In this document: positions 16,964 through 27,155 of the stretch, one piece after another
How the letters are laid out: each line of letters begins with the position of its first letter
How positions within the stretch are numbered: the stretch's first letter is position 1
Assembly: GCA_031411935.1 (NCBI GenBank)
Contig: JANOBY010000027.1
Coordinates: 1 to 54,311, forward strand
Source: Planctomycetales bacterium
GTDB lineage: Bacteria > Planctomycetota > Planctomycetia > Isosphaerales > Isosphaeraceae
DNA length: 54,311 nucleotides
Direction: 5' to 3'
The notes under the pieces: generated by a model
Seen by the model: only the letters and a program-made list of their open reading frames with translations
What the model was told of the DNA's origin: nothing
Database searches by the model: none
Translations under genes and position numbers: made by a program

Positions 16964-18340
16964 TTGCGCATCACGTTTCATGGAGCGGCCCGGAAGGTGA
17001 CCGGCAGCGCCCATCTACTCGAGATCGGCGAGCATCGCATCCTGCTCGATTGCGGTCTTTTCGACTCGGATCGCGTGAGCCCCGAGAGCCCGAACCGGCA
17101 CTTCACGTTCGACCCCCGATCGATCGACGCGGTGGTGGTCTCCCACGCGCACAACGACCACATCGGCCGCCTGCCCTGCCTCACGCGGGCCGGATACAAC
17201 GGGCCGATCTTCACCACGAAGGCTACCGGCGACATCCTCAACATCATGCTCCGCGACAGCGCCCGCATCCAGCGTGAGGACATCCGCAACGTCCCCACCG
17301 ATAGCGGACCCGTCGAGCCCCTGTTCGAGCTCCACGACGTGGAGTGGGTGGTCGATCATCTGGAACGCCTTTCCTACGACACCCGGACCGAGATCGTCCC
17401 CGGCGTGTTCCTGACCTATCACGACGCCGGCCACATCCTCGGCTCGGCGATCGTCCAGCTCGACTATCGCGAGAACGGACGCGATCGCCGGTTCGTCTTC
17501 ACCGGCGACCTCGGGAGGCGCAACACCGGCCTCCTGCCCGACCCCACGGTCATCAAGAACATCGACATTCTCGTCTCGGAGAGCACCTACGGCGGCAAGG
17601 AGCTCGATCCGAACGAGAAGCTCGTCAAGCAACTCCACGCGATCGTCGCCCGGGCCACCCGGCTCCAGTCCAAGATCATCATCCCGGCCTTCAGCCTGGG
17701 CCGCACGCAGCGCATGGTCTACTGCTTCCAGGAATTGTTCACGATCCACAAGGTCAAGCCGATTCCCGTCTACGTGGATAGCCCGCTGGCTCTGCGTTTG
17801 ACCGACGTGCATCGGGACTATCGCGACGCCTACACCCCGCTCGCCCGGAAGATCATGGACCGCGACCCCCAGTACTTCGGGGCCGATTTCGTGCACTTCT
17901 GCGCCTCGTGGGATGACTCCCGGCGGCTCAACCACCTGTCGGGGCCGATGATCGTGATCGCCTCGTCGGGCATGTGCGAGGCGGGCCGGATCAAGCATCA
18001 CCTGAAGCACGCGGTCGAGGACCCCGACAACGCGATCGTGATCGTGTCCTACCAGGCCGAGAAGACCCTGGGACGCAAGATCGCCGAGGGGGTCGAGGAG
18101 ATCCAGATCATGGATCAATGGCTCGACCTGAACGCGGCCGTCTACGTTCTGGACGGGTTCTCGGGCCACGCCGACCGCAACGACCTGGCCTGGTGGTACG
18201 AACAGACCGGCGGCGGGATCGAGCACGCGTTCCTCGTCCACGGCGAACCCGAAAGCATGGACGCCCTGCGTCCGTCGCTCCAGGAGCACGTGAGGGGCGA
18301 GGTCGTTATCCCCGAACTTGGCGCCTCCTACGAGGTTTGA
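16964..18340 (+). CDS. MBL-fold beta-CASP ribonuclease-like hydrolase
   Basis: TTG start. HAHNDHIG is the HxHxDH motif. Other motifs are DAGHILGSA, ESTYG and GFSGHAD. The approximately 458-aa length fits bacterial beta-CASP proteins. Confidence 0.85.
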   Translation: MRITFHGAARKVTGSAHLLEIGEHRILLDCGLFDSDRVSPESPNRHFTFDPRSIDAVVVSHAHNDHIGRLPCLTRAGYNGPIFTTKATGDILNIMLRDSARIQREDIRNVPTDSGPVEPLFELHDVEWVVDHLERLSYDTRTEIVPGVFLTYHDAGHILGSAIVQLDYRENGRDRRFVFTGDLGRRNTGLLPDPTVIKNIDILVSESTYGGKELDPNEKLVKQLHAIVARATRLQSKIIIPAFSLGRTQRMVYCFQELFTIHKVKPIPVYVDSPLALRLTDVHRDYRDAYTPLARKIMDRDPQYFGADFVHFCASWDDSRRLNHLSGPMIVIASSGMCEAGRIKHHLKHAVEDPDNAIVIVSYQAEKTLGRKIAEGVEEIQIMDQWLDLNAAVYVLDGFSGHADRNDLAWWYEQTGGGIEHAFLVHGEPESMDALRPSLQEHVRGEVVIPELGASYEV

Positions 18341-18373
18341 TCGCGACTTCCTGCGACGATCAGGACAGCGGGA

Positions 18374-19873
18374 TCAGCTGCGATAGTGCCGTCTCACGGT
18401 CTCGACCGCATCCCGCCAGCGAGCGAGCATGGCCTCTCGCCAGGCATCGTCTCGTCTTGGCTGGAAGACCTCGCCTCGTTGGTTCAGGAGCGACGTGGCC
18501 TCGCCGATCGAGGGCCAGAATCCGACGCCGACCCCCGCGAGCACCGCCGCGCCCAGCGCGGTCGACTCGCTCTGGGGGCTCCTGACCAGGCGACGGCCCA
18601 GGAGATCGGATTGAAACTGGAGGAAGGGATCGGAGCGGGCCATCCCGCCGTCCACCCGCAACTCGTCGAGGGGCTGAGGCAAATCCGCCTCGATGGCCGC
18701 GATCAGGTCGGCGACCTGGAACGCCACCCCTTCGAGCGTGGCGCGGGCGAGGTCGGCGACGGAGGTCGCCCGCGTGATCCCGAAGATCGTCCCGCGAGCC
18801 TCGGGCTGCCAGTGGGGGGCCCCGAGCCCGGTAAGCGCGGGCACGAACACGATCCCCGATTCGGGGTCGCTCTCCCCATAAAGGCGGCTGATCTCTGGGG
18901 CCGCGCCTACCGCCTTCAGGCCGTCGCGGAACCACTGGACGGCCGCACCCGCGACGAAGACGCTGCCCTCCAGGGCATACTGCGGGGGTGCGCCGGGAAG
19001 GGCCGCCGCCGCGGTCGTCACGAGACCTCGGGTTGAACGCACGGCCGACCCGCCGGTATGGGCGAGCAGGAAGGCTCCGGTCCCGTAGGTGCATTTGGCC
19101 TGCCCGGCCGCCAGGCAGCCCTGCCCCACGAGCGACGCCTGCTGGTCTCCCGCGATCCCCGCGATCGGGATCCCGTCCGGCAGGTAGCCGAGGCCCCTCG
19201 TGGTACCCAGGATTTCCGCGCTCTGCCGGATTTCGGGCAATATTGAGGTCGGGACGTCGAACAGACTACAGAGCCCCGTGTCCCATCGCGCCTCGCTCAG
19301 ATCCATGAGCATGGTGCGTGAGGCATTCGTCAGATCCGTCACGTGTTCTCGCCCCTGGGTCAGATGCCAGATCAAGAGGCTATCCACGGTCCCCCCGGCG
19401 AGATCGCCACGCTCGGCGAGCCTCCGCGCTCCGGGCGCGTGATCGAGCAGCCAGGCCATCTTCGTGGCCGAGAAATAGGGGTCGAGCACGAGCCCGGTTT
19501 TCCTCGCGATGTGGTCGCGATGGGCACCGAGGCGGTCGCAGACCTCGGCCGTGCGGCGGTCCTGCCAGACGATCGAGGGGCCCACGGGGGTGCCCGTGCG
19601 ACGGTCCCAGAGGGTCGTGGTCTCGCGCTGATTGGTGATCCCGATCGCCGCCAGCCGCTCGCCCGAGATGCGAGCCTCGGCCATCGCCCAGCCGACCACC
19701 GGCGCGATCGAATCGACCAGGGATTCGGCGTCGTGCTCCACCCATCCTGGATGAGGATACGTGGGCAGAACTTCTTTCTGCCCCTGCCCGACGGGCCTGA
19801 GGGCGCGATCGTAGACCACCGCGCGGCTGCTGGTGGTCCCCTGGTCGATCGCCAGCAAGTAGTCCCGTGCCAT
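18374..19873 (-). CDS. glpK: glycerol kinase
   Basis: Motifs are MARDYLLAIDQGTTSSRAVVYD...HPGWVEHD...GITNQRETTTLWDR...IVWQDRRT. It is a full-length 499-aa FGGY kinase. Confidence 0.95.
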   Translation of the reverse strand: MARDYLLAIDQGTTSSRAVVYDRALRPVGQGQKEVLPTYPHPGWVEHDAESLVDSIAPVVGWAMAEARISGERLAAIGITNQRETTTLWDRRTGTPVGPSIVWQDRRTAEVCDRLGAHRDHIARKTGLVLDPYFSATKMAWLLDHAPGARRLAERGDLAGGTVDSLLIWHLTQGREHVTDLTNASRTMLMDLSEARWDTGLCSLFDVPTSILPEIRQSAEILGTTRGLGYLPDGIPIAGIAGDQQASLVGQGCLAAGQAKCTYGTGAFLLAHTGGSAVRSTRGLVTTAAAALPGAPPQYALEGSVFVAGAAVQWFRDGLKAVGAAPEISRLYGESDPESGIVFVPALTGLGAPHWQPEARGTIFGITRATSVADLARATLEGVAFQVADLIAAIEADLPQPLDELRVDGGMARSDPFLQFQSDLLGRRLVRSPQSESTALGAAVLAGVGVGFWPSIGEATSLLNQRGEVFQPRRDDAWREAMLARWRDAVETVRRHYRS

Positions 19874-20003
19874 GATCGCTCTGCCTCCCGGCCAGACCTC
19901 TGGGGTGGGCCGTCATCCTAACGCGCGAATTGACGATGACAACCGACCTCCGAACTCCGATCATATTCCGAGCCGGCCTCGACCCGTCTGGAAAGGACAT
20001 GCG

Positions 20004-20429
20004 ATGAGCGAAGACTTCATGATCCCGCTGGCGGCGATCGCACTGCCCGCGATCATCGTGCCCACGGTCCTCGGCTTCCGCCACGCCGCCAAGAAGCGAG
20101 ACTTTCAGCATCGCGAGCGGATGAAGGCCCTGGAGACCGGCCAACCCGTGCCCGGCGAGGCGGGCTGGCCGGTGGCGGTGGCCACCGCCATGATCGGCGC
20201 GGGGGTTCCGTTGGTCTCGTTCTCCCTGACGATGGTCGCCTCGCTCAACAATTACACCCTCCCCGCGGAGATCTGGATTGCTCCTACGGTAGCCAGCGTG
20301 GTCGCCCTCATCGCGAGCGTGAGCGTGGCCAGGGCCATGCAACATCGAACCACTCCCCCCGCCCCCGACCAGGCGAAGCCGACGGCCTATGACCCGGACG
20401 CTTACGACGTGGTCGGCTCGCGAGGCTGA
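20004..20429 (+). CDS. small membrane protein (141 aa), unknown family
   Basis: This is track ORF 19872..20429 with the start moved to ATG 20004, which follows GGAAAGGAC. It has three hydrophobic helices. Its 3' end overlaps the convergent gene by 28 nt. Confidence 0.5.
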   Translation: MSEDFMIPLAAIALPAIIVPTVLGFRHAAKKRDFQHRERMKALETGQPVPGEAGWPVAVATAMIGAGVPLVSFSLTMVASLNNYTLPAEIWIAPTVASVVALIASVSVARAMQHRTTPPAPDQAKPTAYDPDAYDVVGSRG

Positions 20430-21868
20430 TCGAGGGAAGGGTTTCCGGACAGGCCACCTGCCGCCCAGAGCCCCATGAGGGGCTCGATCGGGATGTGAAA
20501 TCGGGCCGAGACGATCGTGAGCGAGTGAAAGGCCGCGATCAGTCCGACGGTCAGGAACGTGGGCCCGAGCCTTCGTCGGGTCTCGCGGGGCATGAAGATC
20601 AGCCCGAGAAGGGCCGCGACCGTCAGCCCCAGGTGTGAGGCCCGATAGAGGCGGCTGCGTGTTTTGGGGTTGGTTTCGTCGAACAGGACGAAGTAGCGGA
20701 GACGCCTCAGGCAGAGCCGAGGATATCGCCAGGGGTCGGCGCGAAGCTCGACCATGGCCCTGCGGAAGAGGATCCGCGACCGCTCGGGCTCGGTCTCGCG
20801 AGCCAAGACGCGGTAGTCCTCGGAGGTGAGGGCGATATCATCCAGATACCCGGCCTCGTGGCGGGCCTCCCAGAGGGCGCGATTGGTCTCGGCTAGCCCC
20901 GAACCGCGGGCCGCGAGCTTCGTCTCGACGGAGGCGCGGAGCACCTTGTCGGTCCCCTGGCTGAGGGCGCAATTGCCCTGCCAGAAGGCGTAGCCGAAGG
21001 TGCTCTTCACGAAGACGAGCTCGCCATGAACGGCCGCGTTCCGGACGATCCATGGGCTCACGCAGGCCACCGCCGCCGCGGCGAACACCAACGCCCGGCT
21101 TGAGGATCCTGGTTTCGTTGGACCCAAGCCCATCGCCCACAGGGCACCCGGGGCCACAAGGCCAAGGATTGGGTCCGTCAGCGTGAGCAGGCCGAGCAAA
21201 AGGCCGCCCGCCATCGCGTCCCGCGCGGATCGCGTTCGCCCCGCCCGATAGGCCAGAGCGAGGGTCCAGACCAGCAGGGTTGCGGCCAGAGCGGCGATCT
21301 GCACATGGGTCGCGGCGTAAACGAGCGTCGGATAGGTCGCGGCGAGGAAACCGGCAAGACTCGCCATCCGGCCTCGATCCGGGGCGACCTCCCGGCTGAG
21401 CGAGATCACGCCCACGACGAGCACACCCCCGAGCACCGCCTGGGCCATCTGGATCAGGAGCAGGGCGCGTGGCGTCTCGACCCCGCCGATGGCATAGGCC
21501 ACCGCCAGCAAGCCGGGGTAGAGCGGGGCCTGCTGCGAAGTGGGGCCTTCGGCACCCAGGAACCTGACGGAGAATCCACGCCCCGCGAGCAGGTTCGAGG
21601 CGATTTCCCCGTGCTCGTAGGTGCTGCGGGGGATGGTATGGCTTTGCAACACCAGGATCGCCGCCGCCCTCAGGGCGATGGCAAGCCCCACCAGCAAGTT
21701 TCGCATCCAGTTCTCGGGCATCCTTGCCGGCTCCTCCAGGTCCTCGTCCGACCGGATTGTGACCTCCAGGCCACGATCGGGCAACCCGGATACCATTTCG
21801 TCCTGCCCTCGTTCGCGAGGAGATCGGGAACCGCGTTCACCGCCGGCAAGGGCGGCCTGCCGATTCAA
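20402..21868 (-). CDS. GT-C fold membrane glycosyltransferase (ArnT/PMT_2-like)
   Basis: Multi-TM, with the motif STYEHGEIASNLLAGRGF. The start is uncertain. One option is TTG 21868, overlapping the upstream stop as TTGA. The other is ATG 21721 (MPENWMRNLL). Confidence 0.65.
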   Translation of the reverse strand: MNRQAALAGGERGSRSPRERGQDEMVSGLPDRGLEVTIRSDEDLEEPARMPENWMRNLLVGLAIALRAAAILVLQSHTIPRSTYEHGEIASNLLAGRGFSVRFLGAEGPTSQQAPLYPGLLAVAYAIGGVETPRALLLIQMAQAVLGGVLVVGVISLSREVAPDRGRMASLAGFLAATYPTLVYAATHVQIAALAATLLVWTLALAYRAGRTRSARDAMAGGLLLGLLTLTDPILGLVAPGALWAMGLGPTKPGSSSRALVFAAAAVACVSPWIVRNAAVHGELVFVKSTFGYAFWQGNCALSQGTDKVLRASVETKLAARGSGLAETNRALWEARHEAGYLDDIALTSEDYRVLARETEPERSRILFRRAMVELRADPWRYPRLCLRRLRYFVLFDETNPKTRSRLYRASHLGLTVAALLGLIFMPRETRRRLGPTFLTVGLIAAFHSLTIVSARFHIPIEPLMGLWAAGGLSGNPSLDQPREPTTS

Positions 21869-22689
21869 CTCGCCAGGAGAAGCTCCTCGATCACCACGGC
21901 CACGCCGTCCTCATCGTTGCCGGGCGCAATGTGATGCGCGGCGGCCTTCACCACCTCGGGCGCGTGGGCCATGGCGACCCCGAATCCGGCCTCGGCGATC
22001 ATGGGCAGGTCGTTCATGTCGTCCCCCACGGCGCAGATCTCCCCCGGGTCGATGCCCCAGAGCTCGGCTAGGTGGAGCACGGCGGCCCACTTGCTGGCGT
22101 CGTGCCGGAGGACCTCGCACATGGTCCCCGCATAAGCGGGGCTCTTCTGCACGAAGGTCCGGACCCGACCGTGGAGAGGCTCAAGGAGAGTCTGCTCGAA
22201 GGCCAGCATACGCGGCCGATCGCCGATGGCGCACAGGTGAAAGTGCGGGGAGGCGCCCGGTTGTCCCACCGGGCCGAAGAGCGCATGCGACCGATTCCGG
22301 TCCAGGTAGTCGTCGAAGAGGGGGCGGCCGGTCCGGGGCTGGCCGGTCACGAAGTCATGGCCCTCGGGGCCGTGATCGGTGAAGCCGACCACGTGCTCGT
22401 CGTGCTCGCGAAACAGGGCCAGGATCTCGTCGAGGAGCCCGGCGTCGAAATCCGCCCGCCAGAGGGTTTCGCGACCGTCGTGGGCCTTCACCAGCGCGCC
22501 TGAGTTGCAGACGATGGGAGCGTCCAGGCCGAGCATCTCGGCAATGGGCCGGGCCCGGCGGTAGCGACGGCCCGTGCAGAGGACGGGCCGGATGCCCTGC
22601 TCCGCGGCGAGGGCGACCGCCTGTCGAGTGCGCGTCCTGAGCACACCCCGGCTGTCCAGGAGCGTCCCGTCCACGTCGAGCGCCAACAT
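21865..22689 (-). CDS. Cof-type HAD-IIB phosphatase
   Basis: This is track ORF 21865..23361 with the start moved to ATG 22689. Motifs are LALDVDGTLL (motif I), CTGR, and GDDMNDLPM (motif IV). Confidence 0.85.
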   Translation of the reverse strand: MLALDVDGTLLDSRGVLRTRTRQAVALAAEQGIRPVLCTGRRYRRARPIAEMLGLDAPIVCNSGALVKAHDGRETLWRADFDAGLLDEILALFREHDEHVVGFTDHGPEGHDFVTGQPRTGRPLFDDYLDRNRSHALFGPVGQPGASPHFHLCAIGDRPRMLAFEQTLLEPLHGRVRTFVQKSPAYAGTMCEVLRHDASKWAAVLHLAELWGIDPGEICAVGDDMNDLPMIAEAGFGVAMAHAPEVVKAAAHHIAPGNDEDGVAVVIEELLLAS

Positions 22690-22918
22690 TCGCGGCCGTC
22701 GATGGATTCTCGGTCGCACGAGCGGCACTCCTGACCATGCGGTCCCTGGGGGGCGGTGAAGACATGGTAGCCAGAGCAAGTCCCGACGACCAACCCCATG
22801 TGATGGCCGGTCGGGCCTCACGGCGATATGATAGGAAATGTCGCGGTCCGGTCGGGCCATTTCCATCTCTCTTCCCCGTCCCGCCGGTTGATCGCGGTCG
22901 AATCCTGCGCGGAGGCTT

Positions 22919-24001
22919 GTGACGATGCGGTTCTGGACAAGACGAGGCCGTTTCGGTTGGTCGTTGATGCTGGCGGCGGCCGCTCTGGGATGCGACGGGG
23001 TCGGCTCCACGCCGCCCGGACCTCCTCGCGGGGTCCCGGTCACGGTCACGCCGAAGGTGGCCCTGATCCTGCCGGCGGGTGGGCTGGACGAGCTGGACGT
23101 CTGGGAAGCGACCGCACGCCGGGAGCAGGTCAGGACGAAAACCCTCATCGACATCCGCAGGCTCTCGCCGGGCGACCCTCCGGAGAAGCAGGCCGAGTTC
23201 CTCCGCTCCGCCGTCGACGAGGGCGCCTCGGCGGTCATCGTCATGGCGGCCGAGCCGAAGGCCGTGGTGAAGGTCCTGGAGGAGATCCGTGCCGAGGGCA
23301 TCCCCGTCCTCCTGCTCGATCGAGACGTCCCCCTCTCGGGCACGCCGCCCCCCAGGGTCACTTACGCCTCGGACCGGGAGACGGCCAGGACCCTGGTGGA
23401 CCTGTCCCTCGCCCGAGCCCTGTCCGACGGGTTCACAACGAAAGGCCCGGCGATCATCTTCTCGCACGCCCAGTCCGACGATTCCACCCGGATTCGGATG
23501 AAGGCGCTTCGCGAAGAGCTGGAGTCTCGGGGCGCACGCGTCCTTCCGGACGTGCTCTACACGGGGCTCATGCTGGAGGCGCAAAAAACCCTCCAGGACG
23601 TCCTCGTCTCGGCACCCCACGCCGCGATGGTCTTCGCCATGGACGACATGGCCGTGAAGGCGACCGCGGTCTTGCGGCATGGCCTGGATCGCACCCAGAG
23701 ACGGTTCGTGATGGCCGGTTACACGCATGAAAAGAGGACCATGGAACTCGTCAACTACAACCTCGCGGCGGGCCTCGTGGACCGGAAGCCCAGCGACATC
23801 ATCCACGTGGCCTTCGACACGGCGCTGGCCATGTCCCGCGGGGAGACGGTGCCGCTGCTCGTCGAATCCCCCACTCCGATCAATCCCTCGCTCACCCCGG
23901 AAAAGGAAGGGGTCGTCCCTCCCTTCCTCTCGATGCCCGAGATGCTCAAGAGCGCGCAGCCGGGCAGGGACTCAAGCATGCCCGTCCCCGACGAGAGCTG
24001 A
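22919..24001 (+). CDS. probable lipoprotein, periplasmic sugar-binding-protein fold (Peripla_BP-like)
   Basis: The signal and lipobox-like segment is SLMLAAAALGC. The alternating beta-alpha pattern with VALILPAGG...AVIVMAAEP...VLLLDRD is typical of type I periplasmic binding proteins. No transporter genes are adjacent. Confidence 0.55.
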   Translation: MTMRFWTRRGRFGWSLMLAAAALGCDGVGSTPPGPPRGVPVTVTPKVALILPAGGLDELDVWEATARREQVRTKTLIDIRRLSPGDPPEKQAEFLRSAVDEGASAVIVMAAEPKAVVKVLEEIRAEGIPVLLLDRDVPLSGTPPPRVTYASDRETARTLVDLSLARALSDGFTTKGPAIIFSHAQSDDSTRIRMKALREELESRGARVLPDVLYTGLMLEAQKTLQDVLVSAPHAAMVFAMDDMAVKATAVLRHGLDRTQRRFVMAGYTHEKRTMELVNYNLAAGLVDRKPSDIIHVAFDTALAMSRGETVPLLVESPTPINPSLTPEKEGVVPPFLSMPEMLKSAQPGRDSSMPVPDES

Positions 24002-24112
24002 TCGGCAATCCTCGGTCCGGCCTCACATCCCGCGGTCCGGACACGGCGGGGTGTGAAGTCTCCCCTCACGAGGGATGACCAAGCCGCGAGCCATCTCAGT
24101 TAGCCCCGTGCT

Positions 24113-25414
24113 TCAGTACGCAACCCCCGCATAGCGACGGCCGCGCACGCTGTCGGGGAACATGGCGACCTGGTCGAGGTTCCCGTCGCCGTCGAACGGC
24201 ATGGGCCGGGACGTCCAGTCGGAGCTGAGGTGGGGATGTTGCCGTGCCTCGGCTTCCAGGGGGGAGGAGATCCACAGCGTTTCCAGCTCAAGCGTGTTCG
24301 GGATCACCACGATGCGAGCCTGGCTGGGGTCGATCCTCCAGCAGGTCTCGAGCGCCGCATGGATAACCTCGCGATCGTCGGGCAGGGTGATCGGGATCCT
24401 CGCGCGTTCAAGGAAGCAGGACGTGAGGACGTTGATCCGGAACGGGCCCGGATCGAGCTTCGCGACCAGCCTCTCGGTGGTGAGGTCGGCGAACCCCACG
24501 CCCACGATGTTGCCGTGGCTCTCGTCGGACACGTCGAGGACCGCCAGACGCGTCACCACGGGCCTGGCGAAGTCCGGCTGAGTCTCGACCATGAGCCGGC
24601 CGATCACGTTCGGATCCATCCCGGCGCCCGAGTAGTTCTTGCCCAGTTCGCCTACAACGAGGACGTCGATCTGGTCGAACGGGAGACGGCCCATGAGCTC
24701 GCGGGCCCGATCGAGGAGCTTCGGTTCCACCTCGAGAATCGTGTCGGGCTCGACCCCGACGATCTCGGCGGGCTGATCCTTCGCGTTCTCGACGATGGCG
24801 AGGCCCAGGGCGAATTTGGTGTTCTCGATCAGGAATTTGCCCACGGCGGGCAACACGTCCTTCATCCCCCGAAGGCCCAGGCGGTGGATCTGCTCGGCCC
24901 CGGCGCGTTTGCCGAGACCGATGACCATCATCTTGAGCACGCCCGACTCGAAGGTCGCGCGGAAGTCCGTGTGCGGCTTCACCCGGTTCAGGACCACGAT
25001 CCCATCGGCCTCGTGGGCATTCCTGTCGAAGTGGATGGGGAGGCCGATGGGCGAGGTGCCCAGGATCACCGTCTCCATGGAAGTGCGGACATCGACCCCC
25101 ATCGATTCGGGAGTGATCCCGTATCCGGCCAGAAGCTCGCGCTGGCCTTCGGGCGTGGCCCCTCCGTGGCTTCCCATCGCGGCCACGATGAAGGGCCGAT
25201 ACCCCATTTCCAGGAGGGCATCAATCGCCGCCCTCGCCACGGTCGCGATGGTCGTGATCCCTCGGCTGCCGACCCCCACCGCGACGGTCCCGCCCGCCGG
25301 GATCCGGTTTCGGATGCCGCTTTCGAGGATCACTCGACGCACGGTCGCGGCCACATCCTCAACCTGAGGCTGTGGGACGTGCTGGTGGACCTGCATCAAC
25401 TCGGGAAAGCCCAT
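24113..25414 (-). CDS. LarA-like / DUF2088 (lactate racemase N-terminal domain) protein
   Basis: This is track ORF 24113..25432; I prefer the start at ATG 25414 (MGFPELMQV). Motifs are GSRGI, AAMGSHGGAT, NRVKPHTDF and VIGLGKRAGA. Confidence 0.65.
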   Translation of the reverse strand: MGFPELMQVHQHVPQPQVEDVAATVRRVILESGIRNRIPAGGTVAVGVGSRGITTIATVARAAIDALLEMGYRPFIVAAMGSHGGATPEGQRELLAGYGITPESMGVDVRTSMETVILGTSPIGLPIHFDRNAHEADGIVVLNRVKPHTDFRATFESGVLKMMVIGLGKRAGAEQIHRLGLRGMKDVLPAVGKFLIENTKFALGLAIVENAKDQPAEIVGVEPDTILEVEPKLLDRARELMGRLPFDQIDVLVVGELGKNYSGAGMDPNVIGRLMVETQPDFARPVVTRLAVLDVSDESHGNIVGVGFADLTTERLVAKLDPGPFRINVLTSCFLERARIPITLPDDREVIHAALETCWRIDPSQARIVVIPNTLELETLWISSPLEAEARQHPHLSSDWTSRPMPFDGDGNLDQVAMFPDSVRGRRYAGVAY

Positions 25415-25456
25415 CACAAATCTCCCTCGCACCGCACCGCACCGGAGCGGGCGGCG

Positions 25457-25894
25457 TCAACCCTCGGCGATCAGGCGTTCTACCTTCCAGCTTCCCGAAT
25501 CCGGCGCGAGGAGGACTTTCACCTCCGAGCCCGCCTGGTCGCCGCGAAAGACGACCTCCCTGAGCGTGATGCCGTTGCTCAGCAACTCCCCCTCGCGGAC
25601 GAATCCGGCTTCCTGCCTGAGCACCGGATGTTTCTTCACCAGGCTCCGCAAGCCTTCCAATCCTAGCATGGACTTGAACTCGGTGGTCGTGCCCTCCCAG
25701 GCGGCATCGACCCGCCCGGCGCGAATTTCCGAGAGAAACGAGGCGGCAATGGCCTGCCCCTCGTTCGCCCCGAGACTCTTCGGCCCCCTCATCCAGGTGA
25801 TCGTGATCACAACAAGGATCGCGATCGCCGCGAGGGCAGCGACCACACCCACGCCCACTCGGCCCCTGGGCTGGGGCAGTGATTTTCCGATCAT
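25457..25894 (-). CDS. membrane-anchored small protein, unknown family
   Basis: This is track ORF 25457..25924; I prefer ATG 25894 (MIGKSLPQ...). It has one TM helix (VGVVAALAAIAILVVITI) followed by a soluble domain of about 100 aa. Confidence 0.5.
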   Translation of the reverse strand: MIGKSLPQPRGRVGVGVVAALAAIAILVVITITWMRGPKSLGANEGQAIAASFLSEIRAGRVDAAWEGTTTEFKSMLGLEGLRSLVKKHPVLRQEAGFVREGELLSNGITLREVVFRGDQAGSEVKVLLAPDSGSWKVERLIAEG

Positions 25895-25920
25895 GGAGAG
25901 AATCCCGTGTGGGCCCTGGA

Positions 25921-26934
25921 TCAATAGTCCCCGAGAATTTCGTTGCCAGCCCGGGTGCCCAGGGCACGCCAGGTGGTTGGATTGACCGTGCTCTTCACGA
26001 ATCGGGCCGATCCGTCCATGAGCAGCACGTTTACCCCTCCGGGATGGTAGCTGCGCGAGGTGACGGCGCCGTAGGTCGGAAGGGTGATCGACTCCCCGTC
26101 GCGGAGCGAGGTCACATCGATGTCATAAGTCTTCCCGTCGGCGGCCGTGTAGGGGACCATGGCATTGGGGGGGAACGTGGTGGTGATCCCGCACTCGTGG
26201 ACATCCCCCTCGACCCACTCGGTGTGGCCGTTCCCGTCGAAGGTCCCGGCGGTGGTGAAGCTCGCGATGGCCGCCGGGTTCGCCGGGGGGGCCACGCCCA
26301 GGGTGGCCGGAAGCCGGGTGTCCCACAGGTTGGGCTGGTAGGCCTTGTTCTCGGCCATGGCCAGGGTGTTGCTCAGCCCGTCGGTCACGTCGGCGGGGCG
26401 GAAGGCCCGGTTCGGGGCGAAGGCGCCATCGCCGGCCTGGTCGCTCGCGGGATCGTAAATGAACCAGGTCCCCTCGTTGAAGCTGTAGTTCAACGGGTAA
26501 TAGGTCAGCGTGGCGGTCGGGCGGGCCCTGTCGTTGATCTCGCTCGGGCACATGAACATCGAGATCCGGGTGGCGGCCACGGTGGGGCCGTCGGTGAACT
26601 GGTGATCCTTGTTCCACTGGATCAGGTTCGCAAGATTCTCCTGCTCCATGTACGGGAGCAATCGGGCGTGGCCCGACCACGGTTGGGAGGTCACGTTGCG
26701 CGGCATGATCGAGACGGGCGGGAACGTATTGTTGCTCGAAAGATAATTCTGAAGCGCCAGACCAATTTGCTTCAGGTTATTCACGCACTGGGCGCGACGG
26801 GCCGCCTCGCGTGCCGCCTGGACGGCGGGCAGGAGCAGGCTGATCAGGATGCCGATGATCGCGATGACCACCAGCAGCTCGATGAGCGTGAATCCACGGG
26901 CTCGACGCCTGGAACGCGGGAATCGTTGGTCCAT
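25921..26934 (-). CDS. DUF1559 protein with a prepilin-type N-terminal methylation motif
   Basis: This is track ORF 25921..27027 with the start moved to ATG 26934. Motifs are [48 protein letters not shown] and the C-terminal [18 protein letters not shown]. Confidence 0.9.
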   Translation of the reverse strand: MDQRFPRSRRRARGFTLIELLVVIAIIGILISLLLPAVQAAREAARRAQCVNNLKQIGLALQNYLSSNNTFPPVSIMPRNVTSQPWSGHARLLPYMEQENLANLIQWNKDHQFTDGPTVAATRISMFMCPSEINDRARPTATLTYYPLNYSFNEGTWFIYDPASDQAGDGAFAPNRAFRPADVTDGLSNTLAMAENKAYQPNLWDTRLPATLGVAPPANPAAIASFTTAGTFDGNGHTEWVEGDVHECGITTTFPPNAMVPYTAADGKTYDIDVTSLRDGESITLPTYGAVTSRSYHPGGVNVLLMDGSARFVKSTVNPTTWRALGTRAGNEILGDY

Positions 26935-27155
26935 CGGGGCCTCGTTCGTTCCGAAGCAGCCGCCGAGATTCGCGGAGTCGTCCACGAGGACGGCCGAACA
27001 TCTCCGACACGCCCTTGAGCAAGGCAATCTGCTGCTTTCGCTGCTGGACGTATCCTGTCAAATCCGCGCAGGATCTTCAAGCTTGCCACCCCGCGAGCTG
27101 GAGTGCTCACGGGCCGTATCGTCTCAGACACGAGGTCAGGTCGTCGGGCGGGCCA

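Noticed and set aside
24024-24055. 10-bp hairpin (CACATCCCGC ... GCGGGGTGTG) between convergent genes.
   Set aside because: It has no U-tract on either side and contains one G-U pair. Evidence for a terminator is weak, so I did not list it as a feature.
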